From a bacterium (GTDB lineage Bacteria; SAR324; NAC60-12): a stretch of 64,000 nucleotides of DNA. The notes below the pieces were generated by a model that was given only the letters and a program-made list of their open reading frames with translations, was not told where the DNA came from and did no database searches. Below, one piece after another: positions 36,903 to 46,246 of the stretch; position 1 is the stretch's first letter; each line of letters begins with the position of its first letter. The stretch spans positions 320,001 through 384,000 of the forward strand of contig OZ242383.1 in assembly GCA_965209155.1 (NCBI GenBank), read 5' to 3'. The position numbers and the translations under genes are program-made.

Positions 36903-37684
36903 TTCATGCGTTTCAGGTACGTTTTTTGAAACATGGCCGGGGGAAGATCAATGGCTTCCCATTGGCTATAGTCCATGATGGTGCGATGCCCTTCCCGGAG
37001 AGGATTGAGAATCAACAATCGAGCCAGCTTCGGTCCACCGGGGGTTTTCGTATATTTATGATAGTGTACCACTTTCAGGAGTTTCCCGGAGACGGCATAG
37101 TGTTCGCTTTTGAGCGGACGATGGTCTTTGCGGGAAATCCAATATCTCAAGCGAGCGTAAGTCACTTTGCGATCGACCGCTTTCAACTCCATCAAATGAC
37201 AAGGTTCCCCATCGATCGTGTCCTTACCCACTATTCGAGCCTGGTAATCGCCGGAAAAGCGCGTCCCTGCGACGTCTCCGTTGGAGGCTTCTCCGAGGAG
37301 ACGCTGGAGGGGAGTGATACGGATCAGCTTCCTGGTTTTGGGAACATGAAACCAGAGCGCGCGATCTTTGAAAAGCATGGCTTTTCCTTTGTCGCGGACG
37401 GGGGCATCAAACCTGACCAAACTGGCCTCCTCCCGGACAAATACGGACATGCGCTTGGTGTGTTTCGCTTCACCATGAATGATGCTGGTCACTTGCAGGG
37501 TGAATTTAAAACTTCGTCCGGGATATCCGCGGAAACTATCGGCATCCCGGATCAATTGTTCACCGTCCGGCCCTTCCGCCGGAGCAAAATGCGGAATCCA
37601 CAACAAGAATACCAACAGCAGTGAAGGGAAGTGGAAAAAAATAGGGTGGATGAGCGCGGGTGTCTTCATGATCGCCTTTCTCAC
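36899..37684 (-). CDS. Outer membrane lipoprotein-sorting (LolA-like) protein
   Basis: SLVRFDAPVRDKGKAML..LWFHVP..IRITPLQRLLGEASNGDV..YAVSGKLLK. Confidence 0.88.
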   Translation of the reverse strand: MRKAIMKTPALIHPIFFHFPSLLLVFLLWIPHFAPAEGPDGEQLIRDADSFRGYPGRSFKFTLQVTSIIHGEAKHTKRMSVFVREEASLVRFDAPVRDKGKAMLFKDRALWFHVPKTRKLIRITPLQRLLGEASNGDVAGTRFSGDYQARIVGKDTIDGEPCHLMELKAVDRKVTYARLRYWISRKDHRPLKSEHYAVSGKLLKVVHYHKYTKTPGGPKLARLLILNPLREGHRTIMDYSQWEAIDLPPAMFQKTYLKRMK

Positions 37685-37686
37685 AA

Positions 37687-38916
37687 TTACGTAAATCGCA
37701 GGGCATCCACGATTTTCAAACGAGCCGCTTTCAGGGCGGGATAAATACTGGATAGCAGCGCAGCGCCTGCTGCCAGCAAAAAGCCGACTGCCAGGACGGA
37801 AGGAACAATTCGTATTATGATGGGGAACCCGATGGAGGAACCAGGAGGGGGCGGCATCATGAATTGTCCCGCAGTGACGAGCGTGGCAGTGACCACCCCC
37901 AGCAAAATGCCAATCACTCCACCGAGCGCGCCCAACAACGTTCCTTCCAGGAGAATAAGCGCCACGACTCCTTTTTTCCGTGTACCCAGGGCGCGAATGG
38001 TGCCGATTTCCGGGGTGCGTTCCATCACGCTCATGGTCATGGTGTTGGCGATTCCCAAAAAGACGATGACCATGACGATCAACTGCAGAAATCCAAACAA
38101 GCCGTCATACAATCTCACCACGGCGTGGTAAAAAGGTGCCAGTTCGCTCCAGGTTTTGATTTCGACCTGCAATTCAGCCTGTTGAAACAGGATGGCCAGT
38201 TGTTTGGCAACAGCCTCCGTCCGTGCGGTTTCGTCCAGCAATACCACCATATTCGTTACTCCCTCGTTGTCCAGGAGAAACCGGGTGTGCTGCAGGTTCA
38301 TCCGCATCGCCCGCTCATCGTACTCATTGGAAAAGGATTCGAAGATTCCGGCAACGACCACGTCGACTGCATTGATAGCGCCATCGCTGGTGGAAGCGAG
38401 CAGGGTCAGCACGTCTCCGGGGCGGGCATGCAAGGAGGCCGCCAGTCCCTTTCCCATGAGCACTTCATCCTCGTCGTCTTCGAAAAGCGCTTCTCCGTCA
38501 ATAAGCGTCAATCCCACGCTCATTTCAGCTTCTTTTTCTACTTCTCCGCCAATCCCGATTACTGCGATGGACGTCCTGCCGTTGCTCAGGAGCCCTGAAA
38601 ATTCGAGGCGGGCGGTGACGATTTCCACACCGGAGATTTCTTCGAGGATGAGATTTATTTTTTTTATGGATTGCGGTGAAAGCAAGAATTTTTCTGGGGC
38701 CCTGGCCCGGTTTTCCTGGAAACCGGCCTGGAAAATTTGAATATGACCCAACCTGGAATGGATGGTGCTTTCCCGCAGTCCCTGGTAATTGGCTTGAATG
38801 AATCCGCCAAATAAAATGAGGGCGACGCTTCCGCAGACGATGGCCGTCAGGGTCAATCCCGTACGCCGTTTGTTACGGAATATGTTGCGCAAGGCCAATT
38901 TGCAGAGAAGGGTCAT
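37687..38916 (-). CDS. FtsX/MacB/LolE-like ABC permease
   Basis: LALRNIFRNKRRT, NTMTMSVMERTPEIGTIRALG, YPALKAARL. Confidence 0.92.
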   Translation of the reverse strand: MTLLCKLALRNIFRNKRRTGLTLTAIVCGSVALILFGGFIQANYQGLRESTIHSRLGHIQIFQAGFQENRARAPEKFLLSPQSIKKINLILEEISGVEIVTARLEFSGLLSNGRTSIAVIGIGGEVEKEAEMSVGLTLIDGEALFEDDEDEVLMGKGLAASLHARPGDVLTLLASTSDGAINAVDVVVAGIFESFSNEYDERAMRMNLQHTRFLLDNEGVTNMVVLLDETARTEAVAKQLAILFQQAELQVEIKTWSELAPFYHAVVRLYDGLFGFLQLIVMVIVFLGIANTMTMSVMERTPEIGTIRALGTRKKGVVALILLEGTLLGALGGVIGILLGVVTATLVTAGQFMMPPPPGSSIGFPIIIRIVPSVLAVGFLLAAGAALLSSIYPALKAARLKIVDALRFT

Positions 38917-39641
38917 GGGGTGCTCCCGGTGGAGAGACTTTGACGAATTTTTTCACTTTCCTTGCGAACCGCGCCGTTTTCCTGTTCCGCCTGTTCCAAA
39001 TAAGCCTGGACCCGCTGCAGGTAAGAGGGATGTGGATGCTTTCCCCCTTCCTTGAACTTCCAGGCATAGGCGGCAGCCAGGGCGAGATAAACCTCCGCCA
39101 TCAATTCGTCCGGCAGCGAGTCGAGCTTTCCGGGAGTTTGGGACATGAAATACCGTTCATCTTCGAATACGAGATCAAAATCGCTGAAACGTCCTTGCAG
39201 GGCAGTGAGGGTATTGATGCGTACCAGGCGGACGACGGGGTCGTCCGGAGCCAGAGCAACTGCTTCGTCGAGGGCGGCCAGTCCTTGTATGAGGGAAACG
39301 ATCTTACAGATTCCCCAGCACCAGGGGAGGGCGGCTCCCGCCCGTTTCGTCCGGTTGGTTCCCCACCAGGCCAGGACGATTCCTTCTTGCGGGGCGACCG
39401 CCCTCGCTTTTGTGAATTGTTGGTCCGCGGCTTCCAGGTGGTTATGGAAAAAATAAATTTGTCCCAGGCGCACCCGGCTTTCCACGTCTTCCGGATCGTC
39501 TCGAATTTCCTGCTTCAATTGGGCAATTTCCGCGTTGTTTTCGGCACTCATGGGAGTTTGCGGAAAATCTTGCGGGGCCGCTCCGAAAATCCAGGCCATG
39601 GCAAATCCTGTCAAGTAACCCAATAAAATCGTTTCCATCAT
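38913..39641 (-). CDS. Exported TPR-like protein
   Basis: N-terminal hydrophobic segment; DPEDVESRVRLGQIY; LDEAVALAPDDPVVRLVR. Confidence 0.75.
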   Translation of the reverse strand: MMETILLGYLTGFAMAWIFGAAPQDFPQTPMSAENNAEIAQLKQEIRDDPEDVESRVRLGQIYFFHNHLEAADQQFTKARAVAPQEGIVLAWWGTNRTKRAGAALPWCWGICKIVSLIQGLAALDEAVALAPDDPVVRLVRINTLTALQGRFSDFDLVFEDERYFMSQTPGKLDSLPDELMAEVYLALAAAYAWKFKEGGKHPHPSYLQRVQAYLEQAEQENGAVRKESEKIRQSLSTGSTP

Positions 39642-39664
39642 TCCTCTCAAATTAAAGTTTGTAT

Positions 39665-40339
39665 TCAGATTTTATCCCGAGCTTTCTCCGCTTCCGGGTA
39701 ATGTGGCGCCAGGCGGATGACTTGTTGCCATTGAGCATTGGCTTTTTCAGGATCTCCGCTCATTTCATAGGCTTGACCGAGGTTGAAATGGAGACTCGCC
39801 CTGAATTCCACTGAAGCATTTTTCGCCAATTTCAAAGCATGCCGGAAATCCAGCACCGCAATGCGCGCCCTGTTGAAAAATTCAGGCAGGTTGAGGGCGT
39901 TCCTACCCCTCAAGATGCGCAGTTCCAGGTTGTCGGGCTCCTCCCGGATCGCTTTGTCCAGGAGACGCGTACCCCGGTTGACGTATTTCATTTTTTGCAG
40001 ACCGTCCTCGACGGTGATGGCCATCATGGTGGTGATGCTGCCCAGGAAGGCTTTCGTGATCATATGCGTTTTATCCCGGGCGTGGGCTTTTTTCAGCAGG
40101 GAGTGAGACTCGCGGATGGAGTCCATCTCGCCCGGCCCCTCCACGGCCTTCATGTGGTAAATAATGCCCAATTCGCGTAATGCTTTTATCGAGTCTCGAT
40201 CGGATTGTAAGCGGGCCAGGTATTTTTGTTCCAGTCGATCTCGCTCAGCCCCCGGCGTGGTCAACTCAGGCAAATCAGTGGCATGCAGGAGAGCGGCGCA
40301 GAAGAACACGTTGATCGAGATTGAAATGACGTTTTTCAT
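39665..40339 (-). CDS. Exported TPR protein
   Basis: Signal peptide; LDKAIREEPDNLELRILRG..LPEFFNR; HFNLGQAYEMSGDPEKA. Confidence 0.8.
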   Translation of the reverse strand: MKNVISISINVFFCAALLHATDLPELTTPGAERDRLEQKYLARLQSDRDSIKALRELGIIYHMKAVEGPGEMDSIRESHSLLKKAHARDKTHMITKAFLGSITTMMAITVEDGLQKMKYVNRGTRLLDKAIREEPDNLELRILRGRNALNLPEFFNRARIAVLDFRHALKLAKNASVEFRASLHFNLGQAYEMSGDPEKANAQWQQVIRLAPHYPEAEKARDKI

Positions 40340-41055
40340 TGAATGGCTCCTTTGCTTTTTTTCTTGATTTCAATTTCGGTCACCCTCCCATCCTTCAGGT
40401 TCAACAAACGATGGGCATGACGCATAACGAGGGAATCGTGGCTGGCAAAGATAAAGGTAAGGCCGTCCTCCGCATTGACCCGTAACATCAGTCGAATGAT
40501 TTCCTGTGAGGTTTTGGAGTCCAGGTTAGCAGTGGGTTCGTCGGCCAGGACCAGGGATGGCTTTCCCACCAGGGCTCGAGCAATGGCCACCCTTTGCTGT
40601 TGTCCTCCGGAAAGTTCATTGGGATAGCGTCTGGCAAGATCCCGCAAGCCAACTTGCGTCAATGCCTGCAAGGCCCGTTCTTCCGCGCAGGAAGTTTGCG
40701 CCAGCAAGAGGGGATATTCGACGTTTTCCAAGGCAGTCAGAACAGGAATCAGGTTGAATGATTGAAAAATGAATCCCAAATGTCGTACACGTATTTTTGA
40801 CAATTCGTCGTCTCCCAGGTTTTGGAGTTGCTTGTTTACGATTTCGACCGATCCCCGGTCCGGCGAATCAAGGGCGCCGATGAGGTTCAATAACGTTGAT
40901 TTACCGCTTCCGCTAGGACCACCAATTGCTAGAAATTCTCCCGCCCGAACTTCCAGGGAAATCCCTTGCAGTGCCATGACCCGGGTCTTTCCCAGAAGAT
41001 AACTTTTGCATACGTCGTTCAATTTGACGACAGCCGTGTTTTCCAAGTTTTCCAA
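40336..41055 (-). CDS. ABC transporter ATP-binding protein (LolD/MacB-type)
   Basis: [34 protein letters not shown]. Confidence 0.95.
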   Translation of the reverse strand: MENLENTAVVKLNDVCKSYLLGKTRVMALQGISLEVRAGEFLAIGGPSGSGKSTLLNLIGALDSPDRGSVEIVNKQLQNLGDDELSKIRVRHLGFIFQSFNLIPVLTALENVEYPLLLAQTSCAEERALQALTQVGLRDLARRYPNELSGGQQQRVAIARALVGKPSLVLADEPTANLDSKTSQEIIRLMLRVNAEDGLTFIFASHDSLVMRHAHRLLNLKDGRVTEIEIKKKSKGAIQ

Positions 41056-41346
41056 TTCGTCTGAAAGTTTAAAAAATTGCCGGGACAGTTGATAACGTCA
41101 ACACGGTAACGACTGAAAAAATGGCCGACAAGAGAAATGTCACGAGTGGTCGGATCTTGTCATCGTTGGACAAGTCCTTGGAGTGTATTGATCTTGTCTT
41201 GAATGGGTAGAAAGGCAGGGAAATAATTGATATTAATAATTTTTTCTCGATTTCATGAATGGACGGCGTCAAAAATCGATTGGAAACTCCGGGAAAAGTT
41301 GATAAGTTTTTCAACAACAAAAGTACCAGAAATTCAAATTCATAAG

Positions 41347-42297
41347 ATGGCATTCTTAATGGCAATTCGTGAGTACTGGGCTACCCCTTTACTCACAAAA
41401 AATTTTCAAGAACGTTTGCAGTTCCATATCAAGGTCACTTTATTGATTGGGATGGTGCTCACGGTTGTGCTGCAATTCCATCCTTTTTTCCTTTTTCCTT
41501 TCAGCGTTTTTTATGCCTGGGGAATCGTGGCTTTGAGTTTTGGGGTGTGCCAGTGGCTTTTGAACGAGGCCTCCTTTTTTTTCTTTCTCCAGAAGCGAGA
41601 ACCGGGAAAATGGACAGTGGGGTGCCAATGGCCCTTGACCTTTTTCAATTTCCTCGTTGGTTACGGGGTGTTCTTCCTGGCGAACGACACAATGATTCCA
41701 TTGGTTTATCCGCAATTCACGGGAGTCAGCGAGGAAGTCAGGACGTGGGGGCTCTTTTTTAAAATTCTCCCCCTGTGGTTTTTTGTCGCCTTCGTCATTT
41801 TTGAAATGGAAATCAAGAAAACGCTGGCAGGCAATTTGGATCAGGCGCGGCAGATAAACCGGCTCCTCGAGCAACGAAACAAGGTATTTTCAAAGGCCCC
41901 GCATGGGAAGGGTGGATTCACATCCTCTCAACAAACCTCCCGATCATTATTCAGGATTCCGGGAAAGAATGAAGTGGAAAACCTGGACCCGGAAATTATC
42001 AGTCACATTAGCGTGGAAGAGCATTATTCCCGCATATTCGTGAAGAGAGATCAGGTATTGGAGGAAATTGAAGTGCGGCTTTCTCTCAAGGAGGCGCTGC
42101 AACAATTACCTGCGCCCCCATTCGTACAAATTCATCGCTCCCACGTGATCAACCTGGCTCATGTTTCTCATATCAAACAATCGGCCAGATCTTACCGGGT
42201 TTTTATGGGAGAACAGGTGAATGCTCTCCCTATGAGCCGGCACCGGGTCCCCGAAGTGCTGCCACTCCTGCAAGAATTTCTGAGTAAACCAGGATAG
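41347..42297 (+). CDS. Membrane-anchored LytTR DNA-binding domain regulator
   Basis: About 4 TM helices, then ISHISVEEHY..SLKEALQQL..FVQIHRSHVIN..LPMSR; no receiver domain. Confidence 0.88.
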   Translation: MAFLMAIREYWATPLLTKNFQERLQFHIKVTLLIGMVLTVVLQFHPFFLFPFSVFYAWGIVALSFGVCQWLLNEASFFFFLQKREPGKWTVGCQWPLTFFNFLVGYGVFFLANDTMIPLVYPQFTGVSEEVRTWGLFFKILPLWFFVAFVIFEMEIKKTLAGNLDQARQINRLLEQRNKVFSKAPHGKGGFTSSQQTSRSLFRIPGKNEVENLDPEIISHISVEEHYSRIFVKRDQVLEEIEVRLSLKEALQQLPAPPFVQIHRSHVINLAHVSHIKQSARSYRVFMGEQVNALPMSRHRVPEVLPLLQEFLSKPG

Positions 42298-42483
42298 GAA
42301 AGGAGGGCAGGTTCTATGGCACGCTTACCTTTTGACAGGGTCGGCAGCCGGGTGAATGTTTGTCTGCTATATTTTCCACTCTTTCCAGACGTGTATCCAT
42401 TGCCTGGAGAAATTGATAAACACCAGCTATCGTTTGTTCTATCGGAAAACGCGCCTGTGAAAAGAAGCGTAAACTGTGGGCGG

Positions 42484-43248
42484 TTATTCTTTGACGTAAT
42501 CGGATCTTAATTCGAATTTATGCAGGACCCAGCTGCTTGCCTGGAGATCGAGTTCGGATTCAATCGCCTTGATCTCTTCCAATTGCTCAAAAGACTCGAG
42601 ATCTTCCTGGCTGGCAAACTCCAAGGTGACAAAGCGGTGTGGAGATCCACCATAGTGATTGTCATAAGCCGACGTCGCTTTCAACTCGGTAGGGGCAACC
42701 AATTTGGAAGAAACAGACTCGACCCATTTCAAGTAGGCTTCTTTTCCATCCAGGGGATAGTCAATAAGAAGAACACCTTTAATGGGCCAATTGTCGTCTT
42801 CGGTTTTCGCATAGTGAGAACGCTCGATAAACGTATGGACGCTCACCTGCGTCGCACGGTTGGGTAGGTCTTCAAAAACTGCAACGATCTCCGGAAGGTT
42901 GAAATAGGTCGCTGAATCAAGATAACTGTTGAATTCAAATTCAACGAGCCGTTCCGGACTCATACCTGCCTCGATATTGTCGTAAGATCTTATCCGCACG
43001 ATCTCTCCGGGAGCTTTTAGCGTCTCCGCAATCGATGCGATCCATTCAATATAAGCCTCCTTCCCGCCTTCCGGGTAGTCAACCAGAAATACCAACTTCA
43101 CCGGAATCGCCTCCGTACCGGTCATCGTTTCATCCATGGAGGTGTCGGTTGTAAAACTCCCTACCATTTTTTGTATTTTCTCACAGCCCGTCAATGCAAC
43201 CAATGCGATGAGAATGATTGAAATTAAATTTACTGATTTCAATTTCAT
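42484..43248 (-). CDS. Lipoprotein with two tandem dimeric alpha/beta-barrel-like repeats
   Basis: Lipobox LTGC; internal repeat DYPEGGKEAYIEW..YDN..SPERLVEFEF / DYPLDGKEAYLKW..YDN..SPHRFVTLEF. Confidence 0.7.
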   Translation of the reverse strand: MKLKSVNLISIILIALVALTGCEKIQKMVGSFTTDTSMDETMTGTEAIPVKLVFLVDYPEGGKEAYIEWIASIAETLKAPGEIVRIRSYDNIEAGMSPERLVEFEFNSYLDSATYFNLPEIVAVFEDLPNRATQVSVHTFIERSHYAKTEDDNWPIKGVLLIDYPLDGKEAYLKWVESVSSKLVAPTELKATSAYDNHYGGSPHRFVTLEFASQEDLESFEQLEEIKAIESELDLQASSWVLHKFELRSDYVKE

Positions 43249-43274
43249 TTAAATTACCTCCTTATAAAAATTCA

Positions 43275-43436
43275 TTAACCTCAGTTCGAGATAAACATTT
43301 AATATATTCAAGATGTTATGGGATCCTCATATCTCAGAACAACCTTGTTATTCCGGGCTTGACCCGGCATTTCGCGAGGATGACTTATACGCCAGGATTA
43401 TCTCATTATAGAAGATTTACGTCGAACTCAGGTTAA
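43275..43436. mobile_element. MITE with 15-bp terminal inverted repeats
   Basis: TTAACCTCAGTTCGA / TCGAACTCAGGTTAA (14 of 15); internal TGTTATTCCGGGCTTGACCCGG hairpin. Confidence 0.72.
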
Positions 43437-43519
43437 ATATAGTAAGAATAGGGAGTGATATAAATCGTCTTGTGACAAATACCGGTATCTCGATGCGAAG
43501 CGATTGTTCGGGATTACCG

Positions 43520-43807
43520 TCAAACACCTTCCACAATCAGGACAGTGGCATTCGCAGCTTGTTGGCGAATTTTCTTGAGATCGAGGTACTCAGGCGAGTT
43601 CAGACACGCTCGCGCCTTGTCGACGTTTTCAAACTCGATTACAACGACACGGTCGCCGCTGAAATCACCTTCCACCACTTCAACACTCCCTCCGCGCGCC
43701 AGGTAGCGGCCGCCATGGGCGTTCACTGTCGCAACAACACGTTCACGAAATTCTTCGTAAGTACTTTCGTCCAGTACTTTATTTGATACAAGTACATAGG
43801 CTGCCAC
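43520..43807 (-). CDS. DUF1330 domain protein
   Basis: HGGRYLARGG..VEG..RVVVIEF..SPEY..IR. Confidence 0.92.
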   Translation of the reverse strand: MAAYVLVSNKVLDESTYEEFRERVVATVNAHGGRYLARGGSVEVVEGDFSGDRVVVIEFENVDKARACLNSPEYLDLKKIRQQAANATVLIVEGV

Positions 43808-43993
43808 GGTTTCCTCCTCTTTAATTATTACAACTTATCAACAGAATCCTGCTCAGGTCCGAATTTAAAAAATCAATGGAGTCATATATAACCCGTATTA
43901 ACAAAACGAACAACACTTTTTCTTTTAATCTCTAGCAGGTCGATGTCGGAATTCATAATAATCGTGACAAAAATCAACCCATCCCTTCGATAC

Positions 43994-44040
43994 CCTGGAT
44001 TCTCGCTCCCCGCTTTCGCGAGGACAAGTTTAGCAGGAAA
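43994..44040. repeat. REP-like half element
   Basis: CCTGGATTCTCGCTCCCCGCTTTCGCGAGGACAAGTTTAGCAGGAA; shares TTTCGCGAGGA with 43369-43380. Confidence 0.4.
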
Positions 44041-44200
44041 GGGATAGAGGGTACGTACGGACTTACTCCACAGTTTACTGGTGAAAAGAATCGACAAAGA
44101 CTAAAAGCCTTTTTCTGAACTTGACAGTCCAGTACAGCTTTTTTATTGATATCAGATACATCATTTTTTCCAAGAATTGCGCTGTAGAGGAGTAAACACC

Positions 44201-44581
44201 ATGAACCGATACGAAATAGAAAACAACAGTTATTTTATTTTTGACAAAGATGCTTCGATACCCTTTGTACACTTTTTGTGGGGAAAGTTCGATTTTCGTT
44301 TAAACTTCCGGAAAACCGACAAGGCTGAAGCGATTGCGAGCCAGAAACTCGGATTTCAGGATGAAAGAGGAACTTATTTCGTTGCTGACAATTTGCAGCT
44401 TCAACGGCATGGGGTTTGGTATGATTTTCAAAAAGTGAGCTACCACGGTTTCACTTTTGAAGAGACAGAATGGAAACACGATGGAAAAATCCACCATGCG
44501 GAATTTCCCAAAGCATTGTTTCAGGTTGCAGCAACGGTATCTGCCAAAGAACTGGGAATGAAATCTATAAACTCGTTTTAG
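44201..44581 (+). CDS. Hypothetical protein
   Basis: Strong RBS GAGGAG before ATG 44201; 126-aa frame; no recognised motif. Confidence 0.65.
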   Translation: MNRYEIENNSYFIFDKDASIPFVHFLWGKFDFRLNFRKTDKAEAIASQKLGFQDERGTYFVADNLQLQRHGVWYDFQKVSYHGFTFEETEWKHDGKIHHAEFPKALFQVAATVSAKELGMKSINSF

Positions 44582-44592
44582 GGAAATGCTGT

Positions 44593-44892
44593 TTATGCTT
44601 CTTCCATGCTGCATAAGAGGGGAAAATTTTTCTTTTCCGCCATTTCATGAACCTGATAGATTTTACTCTCCGCCACTTCGTAACTATAAATTCCACAGAC
44701 GCCCACACCATGAAAATGAACGTATAACATCAATTCAACTGCTTGCGGTTCACTCATCTGGAAGACTGCTGCCAGCACTCTGACGACGAATTCCATAGGA
44801 GTGAAGTCATCATTGTGCAAAAGGACTTTGTATTGTTTAGGATGATCGAGTTTGGGTTGAGTTTTCGGTTCAATGACCGTATTCGTTCCCAT
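44593..44892 (-). CDS. clpS: ATP-dependent Clp protease adaptor ClpS
   Basis: YKVLLHNDDFTPMEFVV, MLYVHFHGVGVCG, FPLLCSMEEA. Confidence 0.96.
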   Translation of the reverse strand: MGTNTVIEPKTQPKLDHPKQYKVLLHNDDFTPMEFVVRVLAAVFQMSEPQAVELMLYVHFHGVGVCGIYSYEVAESKIYQVHEMAEKKNFPLLCSMEEA

Positions 44893-45172
44893 GATCTTGT
44901 CAGGGTTACTGTGGTCCGTCCGGCTCCTCCTGGTTCCCCATGCAGTCAAGAGAAAGGAGAGGGAAACAAAAAATCTTTTCCTCAAATTAACATTATTTTT
45001 CTGAGGATGCAAAAGACAAATTCTTGAAAAAATACACCATCATGGTACATTCTCCATAGAGCAAGCATAAAACATGGCGACGGTGCTGAAAACGCTCTGG
45101 TGCAAAATAACATGCGAAGAAACAGATTCATCAAAATGATTGCCATCTTTGGTGACAGAAGCGGGAAATAAT

Positions 45173-46150
45173 ATGGCAGAGCAAACCAATGGAAACCTCT
45201 TTGTTTCAGCACAGGGCGTCTTTACCCCCAAAATCGTTGTCACAGGAGCAGGTGGCGCGGGCTGTAACGTCATTACGAAAATGGTGGACCTGGATGTGAA
45301 ATACGTGGATTTTGTGGCATGCAATACGGATATCACTGCGCTTAAGAGTACGAAAGCGACTGTCAAAATAGAATTGGGAAGAAACTTCACCCGGGGATTG
45401 GGTGCAGGTTCAGACCCGAAAACGGGAGAAAAAGCCGCAGAAGAAAGTTTGTCGGAACTTGAAAAAAGCATGGAAGGCGCTCACATGCTATTCATCACTG
45501 CAGGAATGGGTGGAGGAACGGGAACGGGAACGGTTCCCGTCATCGGTAAGATTGCCAAATCGCAAGAGATTTTGACTGTGGGAATAGTCACCACACCTTT
45601 TACCTTCGAAGGACGCAAACGAATGAGGATTGCCTTGGAAGGTATCGAGCGATTGCGTCAGTACACAGACACCCTCTTGGTTATCCCCAATGACAAGCTT
45701 CTGGAGGCGACCAATCCATCGACCAGTTTACTGGATGCTTTTCATTTGGTGGATGAAGTCCTGATCAATGCGATTCAAGGGATTACGGACCTGATCAACA
45801 ACGTGGGAGAAATCAATGTCGATTTTGCGGATGTCAAAACAATTATGGGGGGTATGGGTACTGCGGTGATTGGAAAAGGGGTCGCTGCGGGAGAAGATCG
45901 GATGGGAAGAGCGACTCAAAATGCAATCAAAAGTCCACTCATGCAAGATACTGATATCAGAGGCGCCAGGGGAATTTTGATACACGTGGTTGGGAACCAG
46001 GACGTCGGGATGTTGGAAATCAACGAAGCTGTCAGCGCAATTGAAGAGTTGGCGGATAAAGAAGTCAATCTCATCTTTGGGTTGACCACACTGGAGTCGA
46101 TGGGAGAAGATGTCGCAGTGACCATCATCGCTACGGGCATTCCCGATTGA
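45173..46150 (+). CDS. ftsZ: FtsZ lacking the C-terminal linker and peptide
   Basis: GAGGAGCN, NTD, GLGAG, AGMGGGTGTG, INVDFADV; stops at IATGIPD. Confidence 0.93.
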   Translation: MAEQTNGNLFVSAQGVFTPKIVVTGAGGAGCNVITKMVDLDVKYVDFVACNTDITALKSTKATVKIELGRNFTRGLGAGSDPKTGEKAAEESLSELEKSMEGAHMLFITAGMGGGTGTGTVPVIGKIAKSQEILTVGIVTTPFTFEGRKRMRIALEGIERLRQYTDTLLVIPNDKLLEATNPSTSLLDAFHLVDEVLINAIQGITDLINNVGEINVDFADVKTIMGGMGTAVIGKGVAAGEDRMGRATQNAIKSPLMQDTDIRGARGILIHVVGNQDVGMLEINEAVSAIEELADKEVNLIFGLTTLESMGEDVAVTIIATGIPD

Positions 46151-46246
46151 TGATCAGGGGAGCGGGTTCCATTCAGCCTCTCGCCATCAAATAAGAAGAT
46201 TTAACTCTGAGAAAGGCTACCCGGCAACTGCTCGCATAGATCGTTT

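Noticed and set aside
31695..41002. Numerous long antisense and alternate-frame ORFs in the GC-richer block
   Set aside because: They are shadows of well-supported genes on the other strand or frame, with no recognisable motifs.
41056..41346. LytTR direct-repeat operator
   Set aside because: Only loose GACA(A/G) matches about 42-43 bp apart; no convincing conserved repeat pair by eye.
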